Positions 46,602 to 57,070 of a stretch of DNA of 64,000 nt are shown here, piece by piece. Numbering within the stretch: the first letter of the stretch is position 1; each line of letters begins with the position of its first letter. Both the position numbers and the translations under genes were made by a program. Origin of the DNA: Candidatus Gastranaerophilales bacterium (lineage in GTDB: Bacteria > Cyanobacteriota > Vampirovibrionia > Gastranaerophilales > Gastranaerophilaceae). The notes under the pieces are model-generated. The model saw nothing but the letters and a program-made list of their open reading frames with translations, did no database searches and was not told the origin of the DNA. The stretch is from assembly GCA_944324185.1 (NCBI GenBank), contig CALUVI010000004.1, positions 190 to 64,189 of the forward strand, given 5' to 3'.

Positions 46602-47552
46602 ATGGCTCCTTTAATATCTGAAACCAAACAAGCAAATTTACAGAGATTTACTAATCTGTTCAGGCTTACATCTTTTTATGAGAATAAAAATAAACTTACA
46701 CAAGAAGAGCATGAAAAAAATCTTAGTAATCTTATTCAAAATTTAAATGATCCACATGATATTGTATTAAAAGTCGAACAAACTTATCTCACCAAAATGG
46801 TACCTATAAAAAATATCTACACTAAAGAAGAACTACAACAACTAGATAAAATTAAAAAATTTGAACAAGAACCTGAAAAAGTTGATAATTACTTTCAGTG
46901 GAAAAATTATAAGTTACCTGTAAATCTTTTTGAGGCTTCTGTATTCTATTATCAACACGGACTTGATACCCTCAAAAATCCTGAAAAAATTAAAGATAAA
47001 GCAATAATAGATGTCGGTTGTCATATTGCAGACAGTGTTCTTATTTTTCGTGATTATTTCAAAAATAATCCGATTTATTCTTTTGAACCCTCTAAATTAA
47101 ATTATGAAACGGCTCTTAAAACACTTGAATTAAATTCTATTTCAGGGGTTAAAATTGAAAATATAGGACTTGGCGATTCTGATAAGGAACTAAAAATCAA
47201 TTCTACAGATAATCTGCTTAAAAGCTGCGAAAATAATATTTCTGAAGAAGGTAATGAGACTATCAAAATTACAACTCTAGACAAGTATGTTGAAGAAAAT
47301 AATATTGATGTCGGGCTTATAAAAGTTGATATTGAAGGGTTTGAACAAAATTTTCTAAAAGGTGCTTATAAAACAATAAAAGAACAAAAACCTATTTTGC
47401 TTATAAGTATCTATCACAATTATAACGATTTCTACAAAATTAAACCAATGATAGAAAATTGGAATTTAGGCTATACTTTCAGCTTGTTTCAAGGAATTCA
47501 AAATAGCGGTAAGATAGAAGTTGAAACATTATTAATATGTGAACAGTCGTAA
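46602..47552 (+). CDS. FkbM-family SAM-dependent methyltransferase
   Basis: IDVGCHIADS, YSFEPS, ITTLDKY, IKVDIEGFE, LISIYH. Confidence 0.9.
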   Translation: MAPLISETKQANLQRFTNLFRLTSFYENKNKLTQEEHEKNLSNLIQNLNDPHDIVLKVEQTYLTKMVPIKNIYTKEELQQLDKIKKFEQEPEKVDNYFQWKNYKLPVNLFEASVFYYQHGLDTLKNPEKIKDKAIIDVGCHIADSVLIFRDYFKNNPIYSFEPSKLNYETALKTLELNSISGVKIENIGLGDSDKELKINSTDNLLKSCENNISEEGNETIKITTLDKYVEENNIDVGLIKVDIEGFEQNFLKGAYKTIKEQKPILLISIYHNYNDFYKIKPMIENWNLGYTFSLFQGIQNSGKIEVETLLICEQS

Positions 47553-47808
47553 ATTATAAAAACTGACGGCTTTGCAGTTAAAACATAATATCACAGCCTG
47601 AACAAATTTATTTGAGATTTCTTTATATCCAAGACTTCTGCAAATTGTACGAATTTGTATAAAGTTATTCATCTAATAGATATTCTTTGTTATTTTAATT
47701 TCACTGCATTATTTTTCCTTTAGAACAATAATGCGGAGATTTCTGCAATTATAATTTGCAAGTTTTTGAGTTAAAATATTTTATATAAACATAAAATGAG
47801 GGTTTAAG

Positions 47809-48882
47809 ATGAATATAGCAGACAAAGCTTCAAATCCACAGGTAAACTCAAACGGGCAGCCCGTTTATGCAATTATTTTACCGCAGATAAAAGAAACCTC
47901 GGGACTTGCCTGGATATACGTTATGATAATAAACAGGCTTGCTAAAGCTCTGGAACAGGGCTATATTCCGATAATAGACTTACAGCACAATAACAATCAA
48001 TATTTTAAAGACGGGAGAAAATTTAAAGATAACACCTGGGAATATTATTTTAAGCAACCATGCGGAATATCATTAAAGGATTTAGATAATATTGGAGACA
48101 ATTCACAGGTTAAAATACTTATTGATGATTCTGATTTCACAAATATACCGGGAAGTGTTATTAAACTGCAAAGAGTGCTTAACAGTGCGTGCATTGAAAA
48201 ATTTCCGTACAAAAAAGAAGCCCTAAAATATATAAAACTCAGTGATGATGCACAGCAGTACATTGACGATAAGATAAACAGACTTATCGGTAATGAATCG
48301 GAAATACTCGGTATACTATGCAGGGGAACTGACTATATCAGAATTAAACCTAAAGAACATTCTATTCCTGCAACACCTGAAATGCTTATCAAAGAAGCAA
48401 AAGAACTTAAAAGCAAATATCATTACAAAAAAATATATGTTGCAACAGAAGATTTAGAAATTTACAACAAGTTTAAGGATGCATTCGGAGAACTGCTTAT
48501 ACCAAACAATCAGTATATGTACGGGAATTATGAACATTCAAACACTACATATTTATCAAGTATAGAAGTAAACAGACCTAACCATAAATACCAACTAGGA
48601 ATGGAATATTTGTGCTCCATGTATATACTTTCAAATTGCAAATACTTTATAAGCAGCAACAGCTGCGCAGGAGTAGATCTGGTATCAAGATTTTCAAACT
48701 TTTTTTCAAATATGGAATACGTTCACATCTGGGAACGAGGTTCTTATGGATATCACAAAGCTGAGTACAAAAATTTTCCAGAAAAATTATTTTCAATCAA
48801 AAATGAATATAATGACAACATCGTAAGAAAAGTTATCACTATTTTAGGTATAAAAATTAAATTTGTTAAAGAAATTAAATAA
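47809..48882 (+). CDS. Putative O-fucosyltransferase-like (GT-B) glycan-modifying enzyme
   Basis: NTWEYYFKQP, LGILCRGTDY, IYVATED, LSNCKYFI. Confidence 0.55.
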   Translation: MNIADKASNPQVNSNGQPVYAIILPQIKETSGLAWIYVMIINRLAKALEQGYIPIIDLQHNNNQYFKDGRKFKDNTWEYYFKQPCGISLKDLDNIGDNSQVKILIDDSDFTNIPGSVIKLQRVLNSACIEKFPYKKEALKYIKLSDDAQQYIDDKINRLIGNESEILGILCRGTDYIRIKPKEHSIPATPEMLIKEAKELKSKYHYKKIYVATEDLEIYNKFKDAFGELLIPNNQYMYGNYEHSNTTYLSSIEVNRPNHKYQLGMEYLCSMYILSNCKYFISSNSCAGVDLVSRFSNFFSNMEYVHIWERGSYGYHKAEYKNFPEKLFSIKNEYNDNIVRKVITILGIKIKFVKEIK

Positions 48883-48890
48883 AAATTTTA

Positions 48891-49712
48891 TTGTATAATA
48901 GTAATGTGTTTATGTTCTTTTCAATAACCGAAGTTTTCAGACTATGGACTTCGCATATAATTTTAAAAATCCCTGGCTTTAGGATTAAAGCTCAGGAAGG
49001 AAGTCTGCTTTATAATCTGCTGTATCCTTACAGGCAGAATTCAAATATCGGAAAGAATAACAGGTTAATTATTATCGACAATGGCCAGGAAAAAACTGCT
49101 AAAATAAATAAAAATTATAAGGGATTTAAAGTTAATTTCTATGGGAATAACAACACTCTAATTATCGATAAGTCACACAAGCTTGTTAAAACCAATTTTA
49201 TATTTGACTGTTCTGATTCTGTTATTAAAATCGGAGCCGGAGTAAACGGTAAATACCGGATTGCTTTATATGGCAAAAACTGTTCTGTCGCAATCGGAGA
49301 AAATACCTTTTCTGCCGACACCTCTATATTTTTAGTTGACAATTCCATTGAAATCGGCAGAGACTGTATGTTCTCAAACAATGTGAGAATTATAACTGAC
49401 GCACACAGCGTACTGGATTGTAACACTAAAAAAGTCCTGAATCTTCCCGCTAAACCTATAAAAATAGGCAATCACGTATGGCTTGGAGAAAGAACGACTT
49501 TAACAAAGAATGCACAAATCCCTGACGATTGCATTGTAGGAATAGCGTCAGTTGTAACAAAAGCTTTCACGGAAGAACATTCCATAATTGCCGGCAGCCC
49601 TGCGAAAGTCGTAAAACGAAATACAAGCTGGGATTGGGCGCATCCTGCAGACTACAAAGAAAAATTTGAAAAGGATAATAATGAAGAGAATCTTCACATT
49701 CTGGGAACCTAA
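48891..49712 (+). CDS. Hexapeptide-repeat O-acyltransferase
   Basis: IGRDCMFS, TDAHS, IKIGNHVWLG, IPDDCIVGIASVV, AGSPAKVVK. Confidence 0.85.
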   Translation: MYNSNVFMFFSITEVFRLWTSHIILKIPGFRIKAQEGSLLYNLLYPYRQNSNIGKNNRLIIIDNGQEKTAKINKNYKGFKVNFYGNNNTLIIDKSHKLVKTNFIFDCSDSVIKIGAGVNGKYRIALYGKNCSVAIGENTFSADTSIFLVDNSIEIGRDCMFSNNVRIITDAHSVLDCNTKKVLNLPAKPIKIGNHVWLGERTTLTKNAQIPDDCIVGIASVVTKAFTEEHSIIAGSPAKVVKRNTSWDWAHPADYKEKFEKDNNEENLHILGT

Positions 49713-50460
49713 AGAAAACATTCCGGGGTATTTGGAATTGTGCCTGGCAAGTTGGAAAAAATATCTTCCGGATTATGAAATTGTAATTCTTGATTATTCT
49801 AACCTCAAAAATTGGCTTGGAGAAAATTACTTTGACCCTAAATTTTATATCAATTTCTCGCTTGCAGTTCAGTCAGATGCCATAAGATGTGCTGTTCTTA
49901 AAAAATACGGCGGAATTTGGATGGATGTTGATACAATTATTACAGGTAAAAAAGCAAGAGAGATTCTTGAAAACAATGCTGAATTTGCACTTATTTACCC
50001 GCATATTTGTTTAATTAAAGCAAAAACTGAATGTAAAATTTTAACTAAATGGGAGAGAAGAATAAAAAAGCGTATTGAATATGTGAATAAAGCTTTTAGA
50101 AATAAACTGTTGCTTAAATACATTTACCCTAAAATGTATAAAAAGATAACAAATTGGAGTTATCTCGGCAACGATATTTTAAATAAAATAATTGATACAG
50201 AAGATAAATGTTTAAAACTCGACAGAGACAAATTACATACTATGCCGGAGTTTGAACACGCAAAGAGTTTTAACAAACCAGTTAAGATATACAAAAGTTT
50301 CTATTTCAAACATGATTATTCAGATTTTGCGCTCGAAAATAATGGCGGAATTATTCTTTTACACAACTCCTGGACACCTGAAAAGTACAAGAAAATGAAC
50401 CGGGAAGAGTTTTTGAAAACAAACAACACGCTTTCTAAAATTTTGCAGAAGATTTTATGA
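49681..50460 (+). CDS. Capsular polysaccharide synthesis protein (GT32-like, DxD)
   Basis: IFTFWEP, CLASWKK, SDAIRCAVLKKYGGIWMDVD. Confidence 0.85.
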   Translation: MKRIFTFWEPKENIPGYLELCLASWKKYLPDYEIVILDYSNLKNWLGENYFDPKFYINFSLAVQSDAIRCAVLKKYGGIWMDVDTIITGKKAREILENNAEFALIYPHICLIKAKTECKILTKWERRIKKRIEYVNKAFRNKLLLKYIYPKMYKKITNWSYLGNDILNKIIDTEDKCLKLDRDKLHTMPEFEHAKSFNKPVKIYKSFYFKHDYSDFALENNGGIILLHNSWTPEKYKKMNREEFLKTNNTLSKILQKIL

Positions 50461-50498
50461 TACAATAAAATTAGTAAAAAGCAAAATGAGGATAGTAA

Positions 50499-52322
50499 AT
50501 GAAATTAAGTAATACAACAGCGCAAAATTCGTTCAAATACGGATGGCTGCTTTCAAGGATTTTTCCATACATAAAACCTTATATGTTCAGAATAATCTGC
50601 GGGTTTATAGTCGCAATACCATTAGGGCTTCTCGACGGCGTTACAGCGTTTGCGCTAAAACCTTATATGGATTATGTTGTAGGAAAGCAGGATTGGGTTT
50701 TTCACCTTCTCGGGCATGAATTTACGCTCTCTTGGCAATTGTTTGCATTTATTATCCCGTTTGGTGTAATTGCATTTGCAGGATTTCAGGGTGTTTTGAG
50801 ATACCTTAATGACTATATTTCAGCATGGACTTCCCAGAGAATTACAAACGACGTAAAAATGGATTTGTTCCATAAATTAATCTATATGGATCCTCAATTC
50901 TTTGACGAAAATACGTCAGGTATTATTATCTCCAGATACATGAGCGATCCGCAGACAGCTTCCGCTGGAATTGTAGACCAGATTAAGACAATTACAACAA
51001 GCGTTTTCGGAGCATTAGGTCTGATAGCTGTTATGCTTTACAGTTCCTGGAAACTCGCTTTAATAGGCGTTATGGTACTCGGAATTGCTTTTATTCCTGT
51101 TGCGTTAATAAGAAAAAGAATTAAAGCCGCTTCAAATAAAAACATGGTAATCGGCGGTAATATTACAACAAATATTAACGAAACCTACAGCGGTAACAAG
51201 GTTATGGCAGCTTACGAGCTGCAGCAGAGACAGGAAAACTATTTCAGAGACCAGATCTGGGAGTCTTTCAGAGTAAATATGTCACTCACCAAGCGTGCAG
51301 CCTGGATGAGCCCTTTGATGTATGTAATAGCATCTTGCGGAATTGCAATCGTTCTGGGTTACGGAACTCACTTAATTACAAGCGGGCAGATGACAGCCGG
51401 AGCGTTTGCATCTTTTGTAACTTCATTACTTCTTTTATATAAACCGGTTAAAACACTCGGAAACACTCTTACAAGTATTCAAAATATTTTCGTTGCAATG
51501 GGCAGGGTGTTTGAATTATTTGACCTTAACCCTGAAATTCAAGACAGAAAAGATGCTATTCAAATGAAAGATTTTAACGACAAAATCGAATTCAAAAATG
51601 TATGTTTTGAATACCTTCCGGATCAGCCGGTACTTAAGAATTTGAATTTATCTGTCCGCAAAAATGAAACGCTTGCTATAGTCGGCAATTCCGGCGGTGG
51701 TAAATCAACATTGGTTAATTTGATTCCGAGATTTTACGATATCAAATCAGGTTCAATAACTTTTGACGGAATTGATATCAGAGATTTTTCAATTAATTCT
51801 CTGAGACACAACATCGCAATGGTATTTCAGGATAATTTCCTGTTTTCAGGTACAATAAGAGAAAATATTATGATGGGAAATCCGGAGGCAACAGAAGCAG
51901 AACTTGAGCAGGCAATTGAATCTGCGCATCTGCAGGAAATGATTGCCGAGCTTCCGGACGGCTTGGAAACACTTTTAGGAGAAAGAGGTTTGACTCTCTC
52001 CGGCGGTCAGAGACAAAGGGTTGCTATTGCAAGAGCTATGATTAAAAACACTCCGATTGTAATCTTAGATGAAGCAACATCGGCTCTTGATAATAAGTCG
52101 GAAGCTATTGTACAAAAAGCTTTAGATAATTTAATACAGAATAAAACCGTATTTGTAATCGCTCACAGGCTTTCTACAATCAAAAATGCCGACAGGATTG
52201 CGGTAATAACAGAAGGAGAGCTTGTAGAACTCGGAAATCATGAAGAGTTAATGTCCATAGAAAACGGGCAGTACAGAGCTTTGTATGAAATGCAATTCAA
52301 AAAGCAGGAAGCTTTAGTATAA
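50499..52322 (+). CDS. MsbA-like ABC transporter (fused TM + ATPase)
   Basis: Six-TM domain, GNSGGGKST, LSGGQRQRVAIARA, ILDEATSALD, IAHRLST. Confidence 0.9.
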   Translation: MKLSNTTAQNSFKYGWLLSRIFPYIKPYMFRIICGFIVAIPLGLLDGVTAFALKPYMDYVVGKQDWVFHLLGHEFTLSWQLFAFIIPFGVIAFAGFQGVLRYLNDYISAWTSQRITNDVKMDLFHKLIYMDPQFFDENTSGIIISRYMSDPQTASAGIVDQIKTITTSVFGALGLIAVMLYSSWKLALIGVMVLGIAFIPVALIRKRIKAASNKNMVIGGNITTNINETYSGNKVMAAYELQQRQENYFRDQIWESFRVNMSLTKRAAWMSPLMYVIASCGIAIVLGYGTHLITSGQMTAGAFASFVTSLLLLYKPVKTLGNTLTSIQNIFVAMGRVFELFDLNPEIQDRKDAIQMKDFNDKIEFKNVCFEYLPDQPVLKNLNLSVRKNETLAIVGNSGGGKSTLVNLIPRFYDIKSGSITFDGIDIRDFSINSLRHNIAMVFQDNFLFSGTIRENIMMGNPEATEAELEQAIESAHLQEMIAELPDGLETLLGERGLTLSGGQRQRVAIARAMIKNTPIVILDEATSALDNKSEAIVQKALDNLIQNKTVFVIAHRLSTIKNADRIAVITEGELVELGNHEELMSIENGQYRALYEMQFKKQEALV

Positions 52323-52386
52323 TGCTGCGGTAAATCAAAGATTTACCATATCCTACCGGCGGACCTACGATTTTCCGCGTCATTGC

Positions 52387-53435
52387 TGTACATGTCAATC
52401 AATTAGTTACATTTATTCAAAAATTCTAATGGTGTTAACCCATTAATGGCGGAATGTGGTCTGTGTTCATTGTAATAAACAATAAATCCCAGTATTTCAT
52501 TTTTTAAATCATCAATATCATTAAATAGAGAATCCTCTAAAAATTCTTCTTTCAAAGTTTTCCAAAATCTTTCTATTTTCCCATTTGTCTGAGGCTTATA
52601 TGGTTTTGTATAAAGATGTTTCATTTCCATCTCAGAGAGTAAACGTTCAAATGGATGCTCATCTTTATTCTTGGCGAAGCGACCGGAACCAAATTCTGCT
52701 CCATTGTCACTCATTACTGCATCTATTTCAATGTTATATCTATGCTTTAACATATTAAAAGCCTTTAACGTTGCAAACATTACTGTCAATGCTTTTTTGT
52801 TATCTAAAACTTCCAGCCAGCACAAACGGGTATAATCATCTATTACTCCCAATAGATAATATGTTTGATCCGGTTCTGCTATTGTTATACCTTTTGATAC
52901 CTGATGTAAGTCTATATGTACTAATTCTCCGACATGTGCCATTATTATTTTACGTTTCTCTTTCTTTTCTAATTTAGTAAGCCTATTTAAATTATTTCTT
53001 CTGCAAATATTGTATATGGTAGTTTCAGATGGTGCAAGTTCAAAAATTGTTTCTTTAACATTGCCTTGATAGAATAACGATTATTTCCTTGTTTTCTAAG
53101 TTCAATAATCATTTTTTCTATTTCTAAATCGGTTCTTCTTTTTTGATATTTTGGACCGCGTTTTTGGGGAAGTAATGATTCGGGGCACGGATTGGATTTA
53201 TATCTATGATAAATTTTCATAAAGTTTTGATGTGAAAATTTATGAAATTTACAAAATTCCATAACCGTTTTAAACTGTTTACTTTCTTTGCGCTTGATTG
53301 CCTCATATTCCTCTACACAAGCCATCATTCTTATTGCCAGAGTGCGAGAAATTAAATTCTTATTGCTTGTTGATGTCATAGTAATTACTCCTTTTTTATT
53401 CTAAGTAAAATGTAACTAATTACTTGACATGTACA
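52387..53435 (-). mobile_element. IS481-family-like insertion sequence (1049 bp), 25-bp TIRs, 5-bp target duplication ATTGC
   Basis: TIRs TGTACATGTCAATCAATTAGTTACA / TGTAACTAATTACTTGACATGTACA (23/25 match), TGT..ACA ends; ATTGC at 52382-52386 and 53436-53440. Confidence 0.9.
52403..53379 (-). pseudogene. IS481-like transposase split by a -1 frameshift (HTH ORF 52987-53379; integrase core ORF to 52403)
   Basis: DDE core GELVHID, VIDDYTR, SDNGAEF, PQTNGKIERF, YNEHRPH; the -1 frame continues ETIFELAPSETTIYNICRRNNLNRL into the core. Confidence 0.85.
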
Positions 53436-53563
53436 ATTGCGAGGGAGCAGTCAAGACAGCCCGAAGCAATCTTAAGCATATTTGACAATAGAATTGAATA
53501 TTGTTGGGGTTCACCTCCAAACAGAGAGGATGCTGAAACGCGCCTCAATGCTTTGCAATATAA

Positions 53564-54946
53564 TTATTCTACAACTTCATCTGTAATATACAAAGCATCA
53601 AACTTGTAGGCTTCTAGAGTTCTTGAAAAGTATTCAGGCGGAAGTCCGGCTTTTTCTTTTAAGGAGTTCAGGAAAATTTCTCTGTCGGGAAGCTGCTCCC
53701 AGACAACAGGGAGATAAACAGCGCGCTTATCCCGCTCTATTAAAATAATTCCGTGAGGGTAAATTTTTGATAACAGGTCTCTTTCATCTTTAAACTTAAT
53801 TCTCTCAATTGAAGAAAGTATAGAAACCGAGAAATTGAGTTCTCCAAGCTCTTCAGCTGTAAGCGGATTAAATCTCGGGTCTTGAAAAGCGGCGTTTTTT
53901 GCATTATCTATAATATCTAAAATTAACGGTTTTGTCGGATAAATCGAGCCTATGCAGCCGCGTAGTTTTCCCTTTGATTTAAGTGTAACGAAAGAAGCGC
54001 CAAACTCCGTTAAAACGCTCGGAATATGCCGCGGTATATATTCTTCACCGTTTACTGCCGCTGTAACACTTGCACGGGCGGTCTTTAGGACATAATCAGA
54101 ACAGTATTTTTCTATAAAATCGTTTCTTGAATCCGTATACAAAAACCAGGAACCGTAACCGACAACCCGATCTTTATCATTGCTTATGTCTCCGGAATTA
54201 TACATTTCAGCACGAATCATTGTACATTCATTGTTATTAGCAAAATCTACAAGCCCTTTTATACCGACAAGCCCGCAAGCCTGAGCATTTTCAAGAAACT
54301 CTATTTTACCCGTCTCAATTATAGTTGCAGTATACGTATCAATCTGCCTGCACTGCTGCTGAGGGTAAAAATGGCTTAAATCCGATGAAATTACAAAAGA
54401 AGAATTCTCCCAGTATGTGGAAATTAAATCACTGATAAGCCTATGGTCGCAGTTTCCCGTTAGAACAGGTATTATTCTTATTTTGCGCCCGATTTTTTTA
54501 AGATTCTTGACAAAATCAGCAGCACTCTGTCTCTGCGGATAAAACAGGTTTTGCAAAAAAGGAAGCTGAACTTCTATTGAGTGCTCTTTTTCAAAAATAT
54601 CGTTATCAACAGTACACGGAAATTTCCCTGCTATTTCTTTGATAAGCCGGTTATTGACTTCTAAGTTTCCGAGCGGCGTTTCAAAAAAGCTGTATTCCGG
54701 TAATGCTATATTATTGAAATTTACATGATGTGAAGGTGCTATTATAAAAATATTTTCATTAGGCTCAAGATACTGAAACCCTGCCATTGCAGCGTGTCCG
54801 GAGTATACATAGCCTGCATGCGGCACAATTACAGCCTTGCTTTTATAATCAGCATCCGGCTGCTCCTTGTAGGAGTCCAGCAGTTTCGTAAGCTCTTCCG
54901 GTTTGTCCGGATAAAATATTCCCGCAAAATCACTTTTTTTATTCAT
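53564..54946 (-). CDS. AmmeMemoRadiSam protein B (MEMO1)-protein A (AMMECR1) fusion
   Basis: FAGIFYP, IVPHAGYVYSG, EHSIEVQLPFL, SSDLSH; C-terminal ASFVTL...LRGCIG. Confidence 0.9.
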   Translation of the reverse strand: MNKKSDFAGIFYPDKPEELTKLLDSYKEQPDADYKSKAVIVPHAGYVYSGHAAMAGFQYLEPNENIFIIAPSHHVNFNNIALPEYSFFETPLGNLEVNNRLIKEIAGKFPCTVDNDIFEKEHSIEVQLPFLQNLFYPQRQSAADFVKNLKKIGRKIRIIPVLTGNCDHRLISDLISTYWENSSFVISSDLSHFYPQQQCRQIDTYTATIIETGKIEFLENAQACGLVGIKGLVDFANNNECTMIRAEMYNSGDISNDKDRVVGYGSWFLYTDSRNDFIEKYCSDYVLKTARASVTAAVNGEEYIPRHIPSVLTEFGASFVTLKSKGKLRGCIGSIYPTKPLILDIIDNAKNAAFQDPRFNPLTAEELGELNFSVSILSSIERIKFKDERDLLSKIYPHGIILIERDKRAVYLPVVWEQLPDREIFLNSLKEKAGLPPEYFSRTLEAYKFDALYITDEVVE

Positions 54947-55010
54947 AACGCTATTATAAAATAATTTTAGGTCAATAGCAAAAAAAATTTTTATAAGACT
55001 TAAATAGATT

Positions 55011-55592
55011 ATGAGAATAAATAATATAAATAAAACAAATTTTAACGGTTATAAAAATGTTATACATAATGACTTTTCTTTTCCGGAAGGACGTTTTATG
55101 TTTATGTCCGTGCAGCTGAATAATGAAGACGGAATTGAAGATTTAAAAGCATTAAACACAATTCAGCGTATACAAGGAATGGAGCAGCCATCTGATGTTA
55201 TGAACATATTTTATTCAAAGAAACCTGCACAAAAAGACTTTTTCTTCTTTAACGGCAGACCTTTGTTTCTCGGATATGAATTAAGAAGTCTATGGGAGCA
55301 CAGGGATCAGGTTGAAAATTACAAAACAGAAGAGAATGCTGCATTAAAAGCATATACATTGATTGCAAGCTTAACTAGAAGGATGATGTATAACGGTTTA
55401 TCACAAAAAGACCGCTCTTATCCTAAAGTTGTGCAATCTGCAATGGAAACTTATATGAAAATTTTTACTACAAATCCTGCAAGCATTTTTAATCTAATCC
55501 AGCATAGTATTATAGAAAACAAAAGTGTAGAAAGAACAGCAGAAGCATTTAACAGGCTTGTAGATCGTAATATGAAAATATTTTTCAAATAA
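55011..55592 (+). CDS. Hypothetical protein
   Basis: 193 aa ORF starting MRINNINKTNFNG. Confidence 0.6.
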   Translation: MRINNINKTNFNGYKNVIHNDFSFPEGRFMFMSVQLNNEDGIEDLKALNTIQRIQGMEQPSDVMNIFYSKKPAQKDFFFFNGRPLFLGYELRSLWEHRDQVENYKTEENAALKAYTLIASLTRRMMYNGLSQKDRSYPKVVQSAMETYMKIFTTNPASIFNLIQHSIIENKSVERTAEAFNRLVDRNMKIFFK

Positions 55593-56144
55593 CTACATTT
55601 TATCAGTAACTTCTTTTAAGTATTGCCTTATAGCAGAGGTTATGACTAAATCAGGCTCGGAGGCGCAAAGCTCATCCAGTAAAATAACACCTTTTCTGAC
55701 CTCTCCCGATTGGATATACAAAAGTCCTACTGTTATTTTGTCATACGGGTTTTCACTGGAGGATAACTCTTTGATTTTTGTTTTTGTAATCCCCAGTTTA
55801 TTATAGCAATCTGTAAGGTTTAGATAGTATTTAAAATTCAGCCCGTAAAGTTTTATTGCGTCCTCAAAACACACTCTTGCCATATCAGGGTAGCCGATAA
55901 AATCGTATGTTTCCCCGAGATTATTCTTAAAAATAGCCGTTGCCTGCGTGTTCGGGCTAAGCTGAATTGCTATTTTGAATTCCTGTATTGCAGCATAATA
56001 TATTCTGTCTTTCAGATAATTCAAGCCTACATTGTTATGGTAAAATGCGTCTTTTTCTGCATCAATAGTATATCTGTACGGCTTTTTATAGCCGGAGCAG
56101 AATATCATTATAAGCAATAAAACTAAAGAAATTATTCTTTTCAT
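55593..56144 (-). CDS. Exported TPR protein
   Basis: Signal-like N-terminus; HNNVGLNY..AAIQEFKIAIQLSP, NNLGETY. Confidence 0.8.
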   Translation of the reverse strand: MKRIISLVLLLIMIFCSGYKKPYRYTIDAEKDAFYHNNVGLNYLKDRIYYAAIQEFKIAIQLSPNTQATAIFKNNLGETYDFIGYPDMARVCFEDAIKLYGLNFKYYLNLTDCYNKLGITKTKIKELSSSENPYDKITVGLLYIQSGEVRKGVILLDELCASEPDLVITSAIRQYLKEVTDKM

Positions 56145-57070
56145 AATAAATTAATTTCTAAGCCTTCGTAAGCCATAATTGCATCTTTAGAAGCGTATTC
56201 TTCAGCAAGCATATCGAGTTTTTCATCATTATATCCCGGATCATAATGGAAATAGACAAGCTGCTTTGCGCCGACCTGCTGCTTGCAATCCAGCGCCATT
56301 TCAAAAGTAGAATGTCCAAACCCTTGTTTCGGAACATAAATACTCAAATAATCTTCTGTTGAATACTGAGAATCGTGGATTAAAAGGTCACACCCTTTTG
56401 CAAATTTGATTAACTTTTTATCTCCGCCCGGATAGCTTTCTTTATCAGTCGCGTAAACAAGAGATTTACCTTTGTACGCTATTTTATATATAAAAACTCC
56501 GTTTTGAGGATGAGCGTACGATTTATAACAGGTTATTACAACATCATCGTCAGTGTAGTCGCCGTCTTTTAATTCGTTAACCCTTACAACCCGCGGCATT
56601 TCACCCTGCTTAAAGATAACATAATTAGTCTCATTCAAATCCATAATCTTTAAATCAGCGGCAATGTCTCCCAAATCCAGCGGAAAAGATTTTGTGAACA
56701 AAATTTTAGACAGTTCATCCTCCAGCGTTTCATTGTAATTTACACCTCCAAGCATACACATCCTTGTAGAAGCCAGATGACAAGGTCTGAAGAACGGGAA
56801 TCCCTGAATATGATCTAAATGAATATGGCTCAGAAGGATTGTACATTTTACAGGAGTTCTGTCAGTTATTGTTATTCCTGATTCAATGTATTTGTGCATA
56901 AGTTCATTTCCCAGACTTATAAGACCTGTGCCGGCATCAAGAATAATCAAATGTTCGCCGGCATGTACTTCTATACAGGCTGTATTTCCGCCGTATTTTA
57001 AGAAATTTTTATCGGATACCGGATAACTTCCTCTTACACCTCTGAATTTTATTCTAAATTCGTCCATCAA
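56141..57070 (-). CDS. MBL-fold metallo-hydrolase
   Basis: YGGNTAC, DAGTG, SHIHLDHIQG, HDSQY, GHST, FHYDP. Confidence 0.9.
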   Translation of the reverse strand: MMDEFRIKFRGVRGSYPVSDKNFLKYGGNTACIEVHAGEHLIILDAGTGLISLGNELMHKYIESGITITDRTPVKCTILLSHIHLDHIQGFPFFRPCHLASTRMCMLGGVNYNETLEDELSKILFTKSFPLDLGDIAADLKIMDLNETNYVIFKQGEMPRVVRVNELKDGDYTDDDVVITCYKSYAHPQNGVFIYKIAYKGKSLVYATDKESYPGGDKKLIKFAKGCDLLIHDSQYSTEDYLSIYVPKQGFGHSTFEMALDCKQQVGAKQLVYFHYDPGYNDEKLDMLAEEYASKDAIMAYEGLEINLL

